Source: Eledone cirrhosa
Lineage: Eukaryota
NCBI GenBank assembly: GCA_964016885.1
Contig: OZ024742.1
Coordinates: 286,936,001-287,000,000, forward strand
Reading direction: 5' to 3'
DNA length: 64,000 bases
In this document: positions 40,483 to 54,367 of the stretch, in pieces
How positions within the stretch are numbered: the first letter of the stretch is position 1
How the letters are laid out: each line of letters begins with the position of its first letter
Position numbers and translations under genes: made by a program
The notes under the pieces: generated by a model
What the model was told of the DNA's origin: nothing
The model's database searches: none
Seen by the model: only the letters and a program-made list of their open reading frames with translations

Positions 40483-43035
40483 GAAGTGGTTACACAACAG
40501 TTAGTTCACCATACCGAGAACAATTGTTTCACCTTAGCGGATCCTCAGCTCGTAATGGACATAGTTATACGGAACAGGGAGGACAACCGTACGGACGCGC
40601 ATGCGCAGAAACGATCACTTCACACAGGCAATACTAAATTGCGTGCGAGAGGTGTAAGGGAGATAACTGCAAAAGTCCGAAACTTTCTAGTTGAAAAGAA
40701 AATTAGGATGTCGTTGTAATTCAATCCGGAGCTTTGTAGTTATGTAAGAGGTGTGGACAACGTGTGAAGAATTCATTTCTCGAGTTTAGGCAATCACTAT
40801 TGCGTAATCTCTTTAGAATATTTATTTGTTCATCAATACATAAGCCACACGACGGATTTCCCCTTGCGTATGGCTTGGACTTAGTGATGGCTTTCCATTG
40901 AATGGAGTAGCCTATACTTGAGTCCTTGAGGGACCATACGTGGCTCACGAGTTTCGTTGATGAACGTCTGTCCGGGTACCTAAAGGTCGACTGGTGGTTC
41001 AGGAAGCGTTCCTTAAATCGGCCCTCCGCCATACCCACATAGGATTGGACCTCCTGTGGTTGATTATGTCGGTTGGAAGTGACCACAGCTTCATAATCTA
41101 CAGCGGGTGTGTTGCATTGCTGTTGAAGGGGACAAACTTAGGGCTTACGACAAGAGCACCCTGGTGGGGTGTTGCTCTTAGGGCTGTTGGTAATGTGGGC
41201 CTTCATGTTCTTAGCGCAGGAGTATACTAGTTTTACTTTGTGTCGGTTAAAGATGGGCGGTATTTATGACCTATGGGAAAGTGTCTATCTAAGAGGGCTA
41301 GAAATGTTTTGCCTACATTGGTTTTAACGTTGAGTGAGAAGGGAGGAGAGAACCAGATAGTTTGTCTATTGTTACGCTTTCTTTTCTTATTGCTGTTGTT
41401 GTTAGTGGGAGAGTAAGTGATAGGTTGCGAGAAGCCACTGTTAGCTAACGCCGTTTTATAGTAGGGTGCCGCCCTGTCAAAGATAACCTTATTAGAGGAG
41501 AAGTTTGAGATTCTAGTACTGATATTATTTACGAAGTTTCTAAAAACAGTGGAGGAGTGGCATGAGTCCTTGTGAATGTAATTGAGCTTTTCGTTAAGCT
41601 TATGGAAGGGTCTGTAGGTGTGTGTGTGTGCGAAGGTCTAAATTAATGTCTAAGAAATCTACGCTAGAGAGGTTGGTAGCTACTGTTATCCTAAGTCCTA
41701 ACTCATTGAAGGTAGAAGTTAAGTCTTTTTTAAACCAGTCGAAGTCGTGACCACTTTTATGGCTCGATAGGTTCAGTCCATCGTCGCGGTATATTCCCGT
41801 GTGGAAGTCCGGGAATCTAACACGTAATATGTCTAAAATAAATAGGCCAACCAAGTCGCATACGTCAACACTGTCAAACGATCCCATAGAGACGTCGAAT
41901 AGGTCTGAAGTTGTTGACTTCTTTGGCCAGGCTACTCCGTTGTTGAAGAGGAGGGTTTTCCGGCAGTGTAAGTGGTAGCAAAGTCCAACGCTTTGTTTAA
42001 CAGGGTCTCTGAGATCGACGGGTAAAAATCAACAATGCTATAAGGCTATATTTGACAGAGCGGCACCCTACTATAATACGGCATTAGCTAACAGCGGCTT
42101 CTCGCAACCTATCACTTACTCTCCCACTAACAACAACAGCAATAAGAAAAGAAAGCGTAACAATAGACAAACTATCTGGTTCTCTCCTCCCTTCTCACTC
42201 AACGTTAAAACCAATGTAGGCAAAAAATTTCTAGCCCTCTTAGATAGACACTTTCCCATAGGTCATAAATACCGCTCCATCTTTAACCGACCACAAAGTA
42301 AAACTAGGATACACCTGCGCTAAGAACATGAAGGCCCACATCACCAACAGCCCTAAGAGCAACACCCCACCAGAGTGCTCTTGTCGTAAGCCCTAAGCTT
42401 GTCCCCTTCAACAGCAACGCAACATACCCGCTGTAGTTTATGAAGCTGTGGTCACTTCCAACCGACCAAATCAACCACAGGTCAAATCCTATGTGGGTAT
42501 GGCGGAGGGCCGATTTAAGGAACGCTTCCTGAACCACCAGTCGACCTTTAGGTACCCGGACAGACGTTCATCCACGAAACTCACAAGCCACGTATGGTCC
42601 CTCAAGTAAAGACTACTTCATTCAATGGAAAGCCATCACTAAGTCCAAGCCATACGCAAAAGGCAATCCGTCGTGTGGACTATGTATTGATGAACGAATA
42701 AATATTCTAAAGAGATTACGCAATAGTGATTGCCTAAAGTCGAGAAATGAATTCTTCACACGTCTGGAAACACCTCTTACATAACTACAAAGCTCCGGAT
42801 TGAATTACAACATCCTAATTTTCTTATCAACTAGAAACTTTCGCAGTTATCTCCCTTACACCTCTCGCACGCAATTTAGTATTGCCTGTGTGAAGTAATC
42901 CTTTTTTTTCTGCGCTTGCGCGTTCATGCGGTTGTCCTTCCTGTTCCGTATAACCATGTCCATTACGAGCTGTGGATCCGCAAAGGTGAAACAATTGTTC
43001 TCGGTATGGTGAAGTAACTTGTGTAACCACTTCTA
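40483..43035. mobile_element. Penelope-like element (probably Naiad clade): minus-strand 40483-42040 with inverted plus-strand arm 42048-43035
   Basis: RT motifs MGSFDSVDVCDLVGL and IYRDDGL. GIY-YIG motif YVGMAEGRFKERFLNH...CGLC...LNSRNEFFTRCPH. About 1 kb of inverted arms. Confidence 0.88.
40509..40558 (-). ncRNA. Type I hammerhead ribozyme in pLTR (mutated counterpart on + at 42960-43009)
   Basis: cgag-CTGAGGA-tccgctaaggt-GAAA-caattg-TT-ctcg. The right-arm copy reads CTGTGGA. Confidence 0.75.
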
Positions 43036-43910
43036 CCTAACTCGTCCCATGGACTGAGTGCTCTACCACTACGGATATTACCTTCCAGTGTTTCACCACT
43101 ATATATATATATATACATACACATAATAGTGTGCTCATACGCGGATGCTATCAAGGACCCTTTAAAGACGGAGAAATAAGTTGCCATCGGCCGCTATATA
43201 TCTATATGTATGAGAGAGAAAGCGGGGCTTGGTAGAAAATCTAGAGACAGTGCCCAACTCTGTACTGAACTGGTACGTTATTTATCAATCTTAAAAAGAA
43301 TGAAAGGCAGCGTTGATTTCGGCAGGATTTAAAAAGAGGGTGAAGAGAACGGGAACAAATATGAAAAAGTGTTGTATCCATGGTTCTAATGATTCTGTCA
43401 CTTCACAGACGTCAATATTTATATAGGAATAAAGGAAATACTGTGGTTTCTTCCTGCTGAAGCATAGCTACAGCTAAGAGAGAATAATTGAGGGAGTTGG
43501 TGAACGGAAATAAGGTCACAGGGAAATCTCACACAAAAATGGTCCCAATTCATTTAAATAGTATAAATAACAGATATAGTAACCGGGAAAATATCTGAAA
43601 TGAGAAATTATTAATATACACTGATATATTCAAACTACTGGTTGTTGTCAGCATAATATTTCGACTGTTTTATCCTCAGGCCATCTTCAGAATTATGATG
43701 ATAATACACTAATATATTTAGACTAGTGTCCTTGTCTTGGTTGTTATAGTCACAATATTTCGGCTGGTCTACCCTCTGGCCACCTTGAGAAGAATTATCA
43801 TTATATTTTATAAATATAATTGCGATGAACAACTTCGAAAATATATTTCTGCAGTATATACATAATTAAAACAGTTATGGTGAAACAAATCCATGTATCT
43901 ATGCGTGCAT

Positions 43911-43950
<40 letters not shown>

Positions 43951-44477
43951 CTATAACATGCATATAAACAAAGACATATACATATATATATGTGTGTGTG
44001 CTTGTGAAAAGTCAACAAAGGAGAACAATACTATACAATGATGATAAGTAATTAATTTAAAATTTGATAAAGCAAGAAACGTGTTTTAACGTTACGGACG
44101 TTAGTGTTTCATAGCAAGATAAATTTATAGAAGAAATATATTTGTTCACAGGAGGAAAGTATACGCACACATACAAACGCATATTTTTTTTTTTTCACCC
44201 TTCGCCATGAACCAACATATCGTCTTCCTGTTTTCCTTCGGTTGTAACGCATTTTCAAATATTCAAAGATATTTTCAGTTTCAGAAGATCCCGTTAAGGG
44301 AGAAAGCAGCGATTCTTTGCTTAAACTTTAATGGTTTTATAATAAATATTTGCTCTACGGGTTTTTATATATATGATCTTTACCGAGCTCTCTTCGGATT
44401 TTAGACTTCACATTCATTAGTGGATTGGCAGTATCGGTAGAGGGTCGGACGCCATGCTTTCCAGCATAGTTCTTTAC

Positions 44478-46234
44478 GATCATCATCATCATCATCACCG
44501 TTTTACGTCCGTTCTTCCACGCTAGCATGGGTTAGACGGGTTGTCCTGTTGTGGGCAGTGTCTGGTCGGCTGACCATGCCTTGCTCATACAGGAACTGAT
44601 TTGGCTTGATTTCTACAGCTGGATGCCCTTCCTAACACCAACTTCATTTACAGTGAGTGCTGGGTGCTTTTTCGTGGCGCCTACACGTCCACTTTACAGT
44701 GTGGGCTGGGTGCTTTTTTACCGTGGAACCTCCACGACCACCTTGCGGTGGGGGGTGTGGGGGCATATTGTCTATATGCTTCAGCTTGTACCCATGGGAG
44801 GTCGGGTACTCTGTATTACTGCGTGACGCCAGAGGTCACGGTCGTGTGTCACGCCTTGGAGAGGTGTAATTGGGTAAGGTCGGCTTTTATCTCCTCATCC
44901 CAGGTCACCTTGGGTCTCCCCACTCCGCGGTTTCCATCGACTTCTAGTGCTCTGCACCTTTTTATGCAGCTGTCATCCTTCATACGCATCACATGTCCAT
45001 ACCAGCGCAACCGCCTCTCCTGCACACAGCATTTGATTCATCTTATGCTCAGTCTCTCTCTCAATTCATTTATGCTTTGTCGTTCACGTATATTACTGTT
45101 ACACATCCATCGGAGCATGCAGGCTTCGTTTCTCTCTAATCTACGTAAGTCTTCCACCTTCAGCGCCCGGGTCTCACTACCATGCAACATCGCTGTTCGG
45201 ATACACGCATCATACAGTCTGCCTTTCATTCTGAGGGAGAAGCCTTTTGCAGCTAGCAGTGGTAGTAGTTCCCTGAACTTCTTCCATCCCGTTTTTACCC
45301 TAGTTATTGTACTTTCTGAACACCCACCTCCGCTGCTAATTCGGTCACCTAGGTAGCAGAAGCTGTCTACTGTCTCTACAGAGCCCTCCCAGAGATTGGT
45401 GGTACTTGTTTCCTGTGGCTGTTTGCTGCTTGCTGTCCCAGCACAGCTGCTGCATGTGAAGTCTACATTCTTAATTAAGCTTCCTGAGATCCCGCTACAT
45501 CTCTTGTGTACCCATTGTTTGCATTTGGGGCAGAGAATGGAGTTCCTACCTACACACTGAGCAACGCCATTTCCCTGAGGGGATCTGGGTTCTGTTTTCT
45601 CGTCTACTTACAAGGACCTTAGTCTTTGCTATGTTGACTTTGAGACCCTTTCTTTCTAGTCCCTGCTTCCAAGTTTGGAATTTCTTCTCTAGTTTTACCA
45701 TAGATTCAGCTATAAGTGCGAGGTCATCAGCATACAGGAGTTCCCATGGGCATCCGGTCTTAAACTCCTCCGTTATTGCCTGCAGGACTATGATGAACAG
45801 GAGGGGGCTAAGAACAGAGCCCTGGTGGACCCCAACCTGTACGCTTAATTCCGCGCTATACTCATTGCTAATCCTAACTTTGCTGACTGCTCCCCTATAC
45901 ATAGCTTGTACCGCTTTCACAAGCCATTCATCTACTCCTAGTTTTCTAAGAGCCCACCAGATTACAGCACGTGGAACTCTGTCAAAGGCTTTCTCAAGGT
46001 CGACGAATGCCAGGTAGAGTGGCTTACTTTTAGCTAGGTACTTTTCCTGTAACTGCCTCACAAGGAAGAGGGCATCAGTGGTGCCTCTTCCTGATACAAA
46101 CCCAAATTGCATCTCGTCTATTTTCACCCGGTGCCTAATCAACTGTGCTATAACTCTTTCTGTTACTTTCATGACCTGGTCCATCAACTTTATACCTCTA
46201 GTTTCCTCTATCTAGTGCATCACATTTACCTTTG
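44478..46234 (-). mobile_element. 5'-truncated RTE LINE inserted into a SINE
   Basis: [28 protein letters not shown] and LLYADD motifs with a (GAT)n tail. SINE halves lie at 44420-44477 and 46235-46350. Confidence 0.93.
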
Positions 46235-48620
46235 ATCTGAGTTCAAATCCCGCCGAGGTTGACTTTGCCTTTCATCCTTACGTGGTCGATAAAATAAAGT
46301 ACCAGTAATGCACTGGGTACATTCTGGCCTTGTGCCAAATGTAGAAATAATTATTACTATATATATATAAATAAAATTGCGGTTTACTGCCTTCAGCTGG
46401 TTATTTTCATAATGTACATTTTGTAGAAATATATTTTCGAAGGTGTAAATTACAATTATTTCTATAAATTTTCTTTAGGTTGTCGTTTTCACACACGGAA
46501 ATCTCTGGAAGTTACCTGTGATCTTAAAACAAAGGATTACCAAAATATTTCAACTTGTTTAAATCATTAAAAACCTCTCAATGCTAAACATGAAAACAAG
46601 GGAAACAACTCATGTTTTTTCTGATAGTATTCTTTCAAGGGAAATAATTCTTGATCACATAATCGCCAAGACCATGAACATTGGTTTTAAGTCTATTGTT
46701 CCGTTAAAGCCGGGTTTAGCCTTGTGGACTACGTGGCAAACATTTTCGTTTTTTCCTATCGCCTGACTTCACCCATCCCCCACCTCACTAATTAGGTTTT
46801 CATTTCCTCGTTCACCCTTTTTAGCCATGCCTGTCTTGGTCTTCCCCCCTTCCTCTACTTCCTTCTACATGTATATCCATCACTCGTCTCACCCAGTCAC
46901 TTTCATCCTTCCTGAACACAATCCAACCACCTCATTCCACTTTTCATCACCGGCTCTATTCCCATCAACCTCTACAATTCATTTTGTCTTCCTTTCTCTA
47001 TCCCAGTGATACTCCACTCATCTACCAAACCATTTTCATTTCCGTTTTTTCTAGCCTTCTCTGCTGCTCCACATTCATTCCCCATAAATCATTGTACTTC
47101 TCATACACCTTTCCCTTCAGTTTCACTGACACTCTCCTCCTCATTAGCACACTACTCATTTCCCTTTATATCACAAACTCTGATCCACCTTTTTCATAAA
47201 GGTAACAAAACGTGTTCACACCTTCCATCTTAACACCATTCCCCAAATCCATCTTAACATCTATGTAGCTCCCTCTATAAACACTTTACACTTAAATGTA
47301 CCTGCCACAATATTTAATAATCCCTTCACACCACACCACTTTTTATGTACCCACCCAGTGCATTTCATAAATCTAATGGAGTTCACACCAACACCTTTCC
47401 TGCAAACTGCACATAGCAACCTTCATGTCTTTTCCAGTTTGGAATAGATACACCATATCTCTGCATGTTGTAAAAGGCAACTAAAAGAATTAGGTGTAGC
47501 TCAGAGATCAGAGAATCACTCAAGGTAGAGCCACTACTTCTCTGGATTGAGAGATCACAGCTCTGATATTACAGGCATGTGGTTAGAATGACTCAGGAAA
47601 GAATCGCTCGACAGATTTTACAGGCAAAAACCAACCAGCATGAAACCCAGTGGTAAACCCCAAGCAAAATGGTTGGATAACATCCATGAGCTTGGCTGGT
47701 CTCGCTTGGGGATCCAGCGGGATCAGTTGAAGATGATTGCTTCTGACAAGACACTTTAGAAGGGGACTCTGCCTTACGACCCTCCCAGGAAAAAGTGGGC
47801 AAAGAAGAAGAAATCAAGAAGTTCGAAGATCAACTAATTCTCATTATTAAGCTGGTGTTTGGAACATAACTTAACAAAGGTTCTTAGATAAATTTATAAT
47901 GAAAGGATTTTAGATAAATATAAATACTTTAAAATAAACAACTTTGTATCGTAGAACGAGAGGTGGTTTCAGATGGTTTGGTATGAAAAGGTTTATGAGG
48001 GAATGAGAGAGCTGTGTTATATAAAGAGCTAGAATGACAATAGTTTTATACACTTCAGTTAATTGGCAGAATAACAAAAAACAAAGGCCATAGAAGCAGC
48101 ACAACTACACAGGATGTAAACCTCAACTAAAAAAAAAAAAATAGTAAAAGGAGCCTTAAAGGAAAAAAAAACATTTCTTACATAAAGAAAAATTAAACAA
48201 ACACAACATTAACAACAATAACAATGATAAAAACAGAAACAATCTCTATAACAATAGGTGCTCTGGGAATGATAACAAACCAACAACACAGACAGATACA
48301 TAACCAAAACTCCAAGACTTACAAATATATACAGCATACAAAAAATAGCTCTACTAGACACTGCACACATTACGAATAATACTCTCAACACAATAGAAAC
48401 CCCACCACCAAAAACCACAATGCACATACCCAAGGCACACAGAGCTGTGCTCAGTAATGCAGTGACAACTCAATAAAAATAAGACTAATAATAATAATAT
48501 TAATAATAATAATTATAATAATAATAATGAAAATAATGTTGGCTTATTCAAAGCTTAAAGAAGATTTAATTTAGCTTTTTTTTTTATAAGCAGGGACTGG
48601 GGCTAGTGTGTATATGTCTG

Positions 48621-48720
<100 letters not shown>

Positions 48721-48824
48721 ACTGTAAGTATATATATATGCATGTGTGTGCTTGTATGTGTCTGTATATACATATCTATATATATGTGTGTGTGTATTTG
48801 TGTCTGTATATATATATATATATA

Positions 48825-49151
48825 TAGAATAGAAAACGAAAAATCAGTGATGCATCTGAACTCAATTTATTGTGTGTTACAATTGTTTCGCTGGCGGACA
48901 GCATGAGACGCGATCATTGTGTGGATCTGTCTGATTCTGGACCCGCAGGTTCGATGGACACGTCTAATGATTTCAGAGCAAATTCTCTCAGAATATGCTC
49001 CGAAATCATTAGACGTGTCCATCGAACCTGCGGGTCCAGAATCAGACAGATCCACACAATGATCGCGTCTCATGCTGTCCGCCAGCGAAACAATTGTAAC
49101 ACACAATAAATTGAGTTCAGATGCATCACTGATTTTTCGTTTTCTATTCTA
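48825..49151. repeat. Near-perfect ~160-bp-arm foldback containing the 3' half of an HHR
   Basis: The arms are reverse complements. GAAA-caattg-TA at 49087-49098. A related diverged copy lies at 12075-12212. Confidence 0.85.
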
Positions 49152-49788
49152 TCATACTCTGCTCTGTAAGAGCATAGAGTGCTCAACCAGCATACCGCCT
49201 ATGGAAGCATCTTAGCTACCATCAGACACACATATATATAATATACACAGACACAAATACACACACACACATATAGATATGTATATATACACATATACAT
49301 ATGTGTGTGTGTGTGTGTGTGTATGAGTGTGCATGTGTATTTGTATGCGTCTATATATATATATATATATATATTTATTTATAGGTGTGTGTGTGTGTGT
49401 GCATAATTTTTTGCAATAACAGCTGATGTGGTTGTATTGTCTCAATGCTTGGTGCGAGTTCATCTATAACAAAGGTTTGCTATATATCCTCTTCAGCTTC
49501 AGCACATCAGAAGATTTCAAAATTATTCTTCGTCTTTTTTTTTTTTAATTAAAAATGTACACACAAAATAAGAAATATATGAAAGGAAAAAAAACAGGAG
49601 GAAATATTTGGAGCTATATATATATATATGTGTGTGTATGTATGGTACTATATATATATATATATATATGTACGTATGTGTGTGTATGTATGGTACTATA
49701 TATATATATGTGTGTGTATAGTATATACATATATACATATGTACATATGTATGTATATGTATATATACATATGTATATGTATATATAC

Positions 49789-49842
<54 letters not shown>

Positions 49843-49946
49843 ATCCATAACTGGGTGTGTGAAAGACATATGTGTCCAGGGGTGATTGTTCAATAATTGT
49901 TCAAGGATAAGGGGAGTGTCTATGGGTGGGTCTGTTTGCGCATTTA

Positions 49947-50017
<71 letters not shown>

Positions 50018-50973
50018 ATGCACCTGTGTAAATGTATGCGTGTGTAGACAGAGGTTTATACAAAAGAATAAGAGTCTGAATGATTAAGTTTTGTGGTAAA
50101 ATTCATGAGTCCATCTAATATTTGATAGAGAATATGTTTGTTGTATTGGATGTGAGTGAGACGAGGGAAGAAGTGTGTCCTACATTAAATAGGAGGCCAT
50201 AGGGAGTAATAATTAAACCTGTATCGAGGAGGGGGGGAGATTTCATGAAACAAAAGAGGGAGGACAGGACTTTAAGCAAGAGAGGGGAGGAGGAAATAGC
50301 ATAAAACAAAAGAGGGGAGAGCAGGACTTTAAAAAAGAGAGGGGGAGATGGCATGAAACAAGAGGGGGTGGAGCAGGATTTCAACTTTAAAATAGTTACA
50401 CAAGAAATATACATGAGTCTCCAGAAAAAAAGGTAAACAAAAAAAAAACTGACTGAATTTTAAATCACAACCTTTATAGGAGTTGTAGGGTAATATAGCT
50501 ATGTTTGTGTAGTGGTCGTTATGTTAATGGGAGAGAGAGGGGAGGGGTGAAATAGAGACAGACAGAGAGCGAAAGAGAATGACAGAGAGTGAGAGACAGA
50601 CAAGCAGATAGATAGATAGATAGACATGGAGAGTAAGAGATACAGAGAGAGTGAGAAAAAGAGAGAGAGAGTAGGAAAGATATGGCAGTAAACATAGGAG
50701 GGGACGGAGAATTACAGTGTTGGTGGGGGGGAGTCATTGTATTGTGGAAATTGCTGCATTTGTTGGTGTGTACATATGTGTGAATGTGTTTTTATGTGTG
50801 TGTGAGTGACAGAGAAAGAGAGCAACAGAGAGAGAGAGAGAGATTGGGAGAGGGGTTGAAGAGATGAAGTAAAGCCTGAAATGACAACATGAGTGTGAGA
50901 TGGAGTGAAGAGTTGGGACTATGTCAGGAATGGCCAGTTGGTCATTTGGCTTAATTAACACATATACACACAT

Positions 50974-51032
<59 letters not shown>

Positions 51033-51133
51033 TGCATAAACTCACAAACACACGACTACACATACAAACACTCACAAACACATACACACTCATCTCTCTG
51101 CATAGATAATCCTGATGTGTGTGTATGTGTATG

Positions 51134-51197
<64 letters not shown>

Positions 51198-51430
51198 TTC
51201 TCCACTACATATACAGAGAGAAATACTCACAACTATACACATGTAGTACACACACTTACTCTACTACACGCATACATTTTCCACTAACCACAGCGAACAT
51301 ACACACATTCTCCAGTATGCAACAAATTTTAGCTTTAGTTAATTTTTGTTTTTTCTTTTTTAAATCATTTACACTTGTTTAGGAAGAGAAATCCTTTTTT
51401 TTTCTCATTTTATTCATGTTTGTATGTGTA

Positions 51431-51476
<46 letters not shown>

Positions 51477-51618
51477 AAAGGAGTTGATTGCCAAATTGAA
51501 CCAAGGAAACAATGTTTCTATTGGTCTTTCCATCTTTCCATTGCTGATACTATCTGCCAGTTGCAACTCCTTATACATATAATGTAATATATATTTATAT
51601 ATATATATATATATATAC

Positions 51619-51685
<67 letters not shown>

Positions 51686-51946
51686 CGTTAATCCTGTGAC
51701 AGGTTTCATGACTTTGCTGCAATGTATTATCCAACTGACCATAGAATTGTATAACTGTTCAACCTAATAAGTCACGACAGTTTCCTCTCTTATATGCTGT
51801 TCTTGTAATATATTGTCACTTTACACTCAACTTTTCCTTCACTTGTTCCACATAATTGCTGACAATGTTTCTTTGTCGGTATTCATCATCGCTTGCTTTC
51901 TTTCCTTTCAGTACTAATATACATTTACATCTGTTTCTGTGCATAT

Positions 51947-51989
<43 letters not shown>

Positions 51990-52275
51990 TATACATATAT
52001 ATACATATATAAATATACCCATATATAGATAGATATACACACATATATATATACATACATCCATATATATATATACATACACATATATATTTATATATAT
52101 ACATATGTTTATATATATATTTTGTTCATTTCATAAATTTCTTTGCCATGCCCACCCACCCTTCCATACACAAATTAAATCCGTCTGTCATCTTCTTTTA
52201 TGGTCAAGTCCATAAACAGTTTGATCACTAGAGCAAAAATAAAATAAAGAAACGACTTTCAGAAGGAAATGATTG

Positions 52276-52431
52276 TCAAAGAACTTGGCTGGCTGCACTT
52301 TGACTTAGGTAAATAATTGCTCCCACAAAATTAACTCCAGCGGCAATGATAAAAACAGGGAACCAACGTCCGTGAGATTGTGTCACTAGTTCAGCAGTCA
52401 ATGGACCACACGTTATCCCAGGAATTGTAGC
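52276..52431 (-). CDS. Terminal coding exon of an SLC17/sialin-like MFS anion transporter
   Basis: tttttAG acceptor. 156 nt encoding ATIPGITCGPLTAELVTQSHGRWFPVFIIAAGVNFVGAIIYLSQSAASQVL*. Phase matches the upstream exon. Resembles SLC17 TM11-12. Confidence 0.85.
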   Translation of the reverse strand, partial: ATIPGITCGPLTAELVTQSHGRWFPVFIIAAGVNFVGAIIYLSQSAASQVL

Positions 52432-52809
52432 CTAAAACAAACAACAAAGATTATTTTATTATTTCAAACATAAAAAAACATTATAGGAACACAACGGGAG
52501 GAAACATGGAAACATGATAATCACTGAGGATGTCATGGATATGTGTAACGAAAGAACTTTGATAAACTATATTTATATTCATATTTTTAACTGTTGGTCA
52601 ATGATAAACATTAATTGCCAGCTAAATTATTTATAGAAATATAAAAATATACTGAAGCAAAAACCAAACCAAACAGTGTGTGTTTTACTATTTTTTTCTG
52701 GCAATATTATGACAACATGACCATCCCCAAATATAACAATATTTCACATTATTATATCAAAATATATTTCATATTATTATTTCAAAATATATTTCAAGAA
52801 AAAAGCCTC

Positions 52810-53200
52810 TAGCCCTCACTGTAAAATGGTCGTGTTGGTGACACAAAAATAGTGCCCATCCCACACTGTAAAGAGGTCATCTAGGTGTCACAACAAAAAA
52901 CACCAAGCCCATACTGTAAAGTGATTGTGTGGCTGTCGCAACCAAAAAACACCCAGCCCACACTGTAAAGTGGTCATATGGCTGTCACAATAAAAAGTGC
53001 CCAGCCCACACTGTAAAGAGGTCGTGTAGGTGTCATAACAAAAAACACCCAGCCCACACTGTAAATTGCTTGTGTGACTGTCACGATAAAAGGTGCCCAG
53101 TCCACACTGTAAAGTAGTTGTGTAGGTGGCACAACAAAAAGCACCCAGTACACATTGTAAATGTGGTTAGTGTTAGGAAGGGCATCCAGCCATAGAAACC
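52810..53200 (+). repeat. ~48-bp tandem repeat (~8 units) derived from the RTE/SINE 3' tail
   Basis: cccagcccacactgtaaag units ending in tgttaggaagggcatccagc, as in the RTE 3'UTR. Confidence 0.75.
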
Positions 53201-53256
53201 TAGCCAGAAACAGTTCTATATGAGCATGTGTGAAGAGGAAACAAATACCAACTTAC

Positions 53257-53371
53257 CAATGTATTAGATACAGCAAAGGTAATACCAGCATGGTTAGGAG
53301 CTACTTCAGGATGGTTACTTAAATGTCCAGCAGAATTGCAGGCACTCAATCCAAGAGATATAGATACAAAT
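53257..53371 (-). CDS. Penultimate exon of the SLC17/sialin-like transporter
   Basis: ttcaatAG / GTaagt boundaries. 115 nt encoding FVSISLGLSACNSAGHLSNHPEVAPNHAGITFAVSNTL, similar to the SLC17 NHLDIAPxYAGI...NT motif. Confidence 0.85.
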
Positions 53372-53425
53372 CTATTGAAAAGCAACAACAAATTGATGTC
53401 AAAAATGGATCACAGGTGATGTATG

Positions 53426-53461
<36 letters not shown>

Positions 53462-54367
53462 TAAGTTAAAACAATGAAATAAAAAATAAAAAATAAAGTC
53501 ATTAGAGATATACTTCACTGCTTTACGATCGTTTCTAGATGGTGATAATACATTGTATCTATAATCAGTTATTGATCTATGTAAGTTTACAAACTATCAG
53601 ATAGAGAGAATATTTACTTACATGCATATCACCAGCTATTTTCAAAAGCAATAATAATTTTATTCAATAATAATTTTACTCAGAATTAGTAGCATGTTAG
53701 TATCATGTCCTTATTTGGGGATAGTTGAAGAACTAACGAATCAAATTGTTTTTTTCATATGGTGTTAAGATGAAAAGTGATACACTTTAGTTGAGGTCAT
53801 GACCCTTTGAAAGGAATGGTTGAAGGGTGTTAGTAGAAATGGCATAAAAATCTATTAGGAAGGAAGGGGATTGTTAAACTGATAGTTGAATGTATCTTGT
53901 ATAGTGAATTTAAAAGGAATGTCAAAATAAATGGTGATTAGAATTGTATTGAGTTTTAAGGTGAATATAAATTAATGTTATGGCTAGGAAAGATAGTATA
54001 TTAAAAGATGAAAATTATAATAAGATATAATAATACGATAATATACAACTTAACCAACACAATATAGTCCGGTGTGGTAAATTGCACTCAGTATAATATA
54101 ACATATTATACGCTCTAAAATATTACTAAGTATGTTTATGCATAAACAATCGAACACAGATAAGTACATGTTGGCATAGTTAAAACACATAAATATCATA
54201 GTCTACCACGTGCATATATCCACACTATATATAGAGAGGGGTACAGTTATATATATGTATATGTGTATATATTTATATATATGGTGTTAAGATGAAAAGT
54301 GATACACTTTAGTTGAGGTCATGACCCTTTGAAAGGAATGGTTGAAGGGTGTTAGTAGAAATGGCAT

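Noticed and set aside
51816-51930. Short coding-looking stretch KGKKASDDEYRQRNIV...
   Set aside because: It lies downstream of the SLC17 stop codon, probably in 3'UTR, with no recognised homology.
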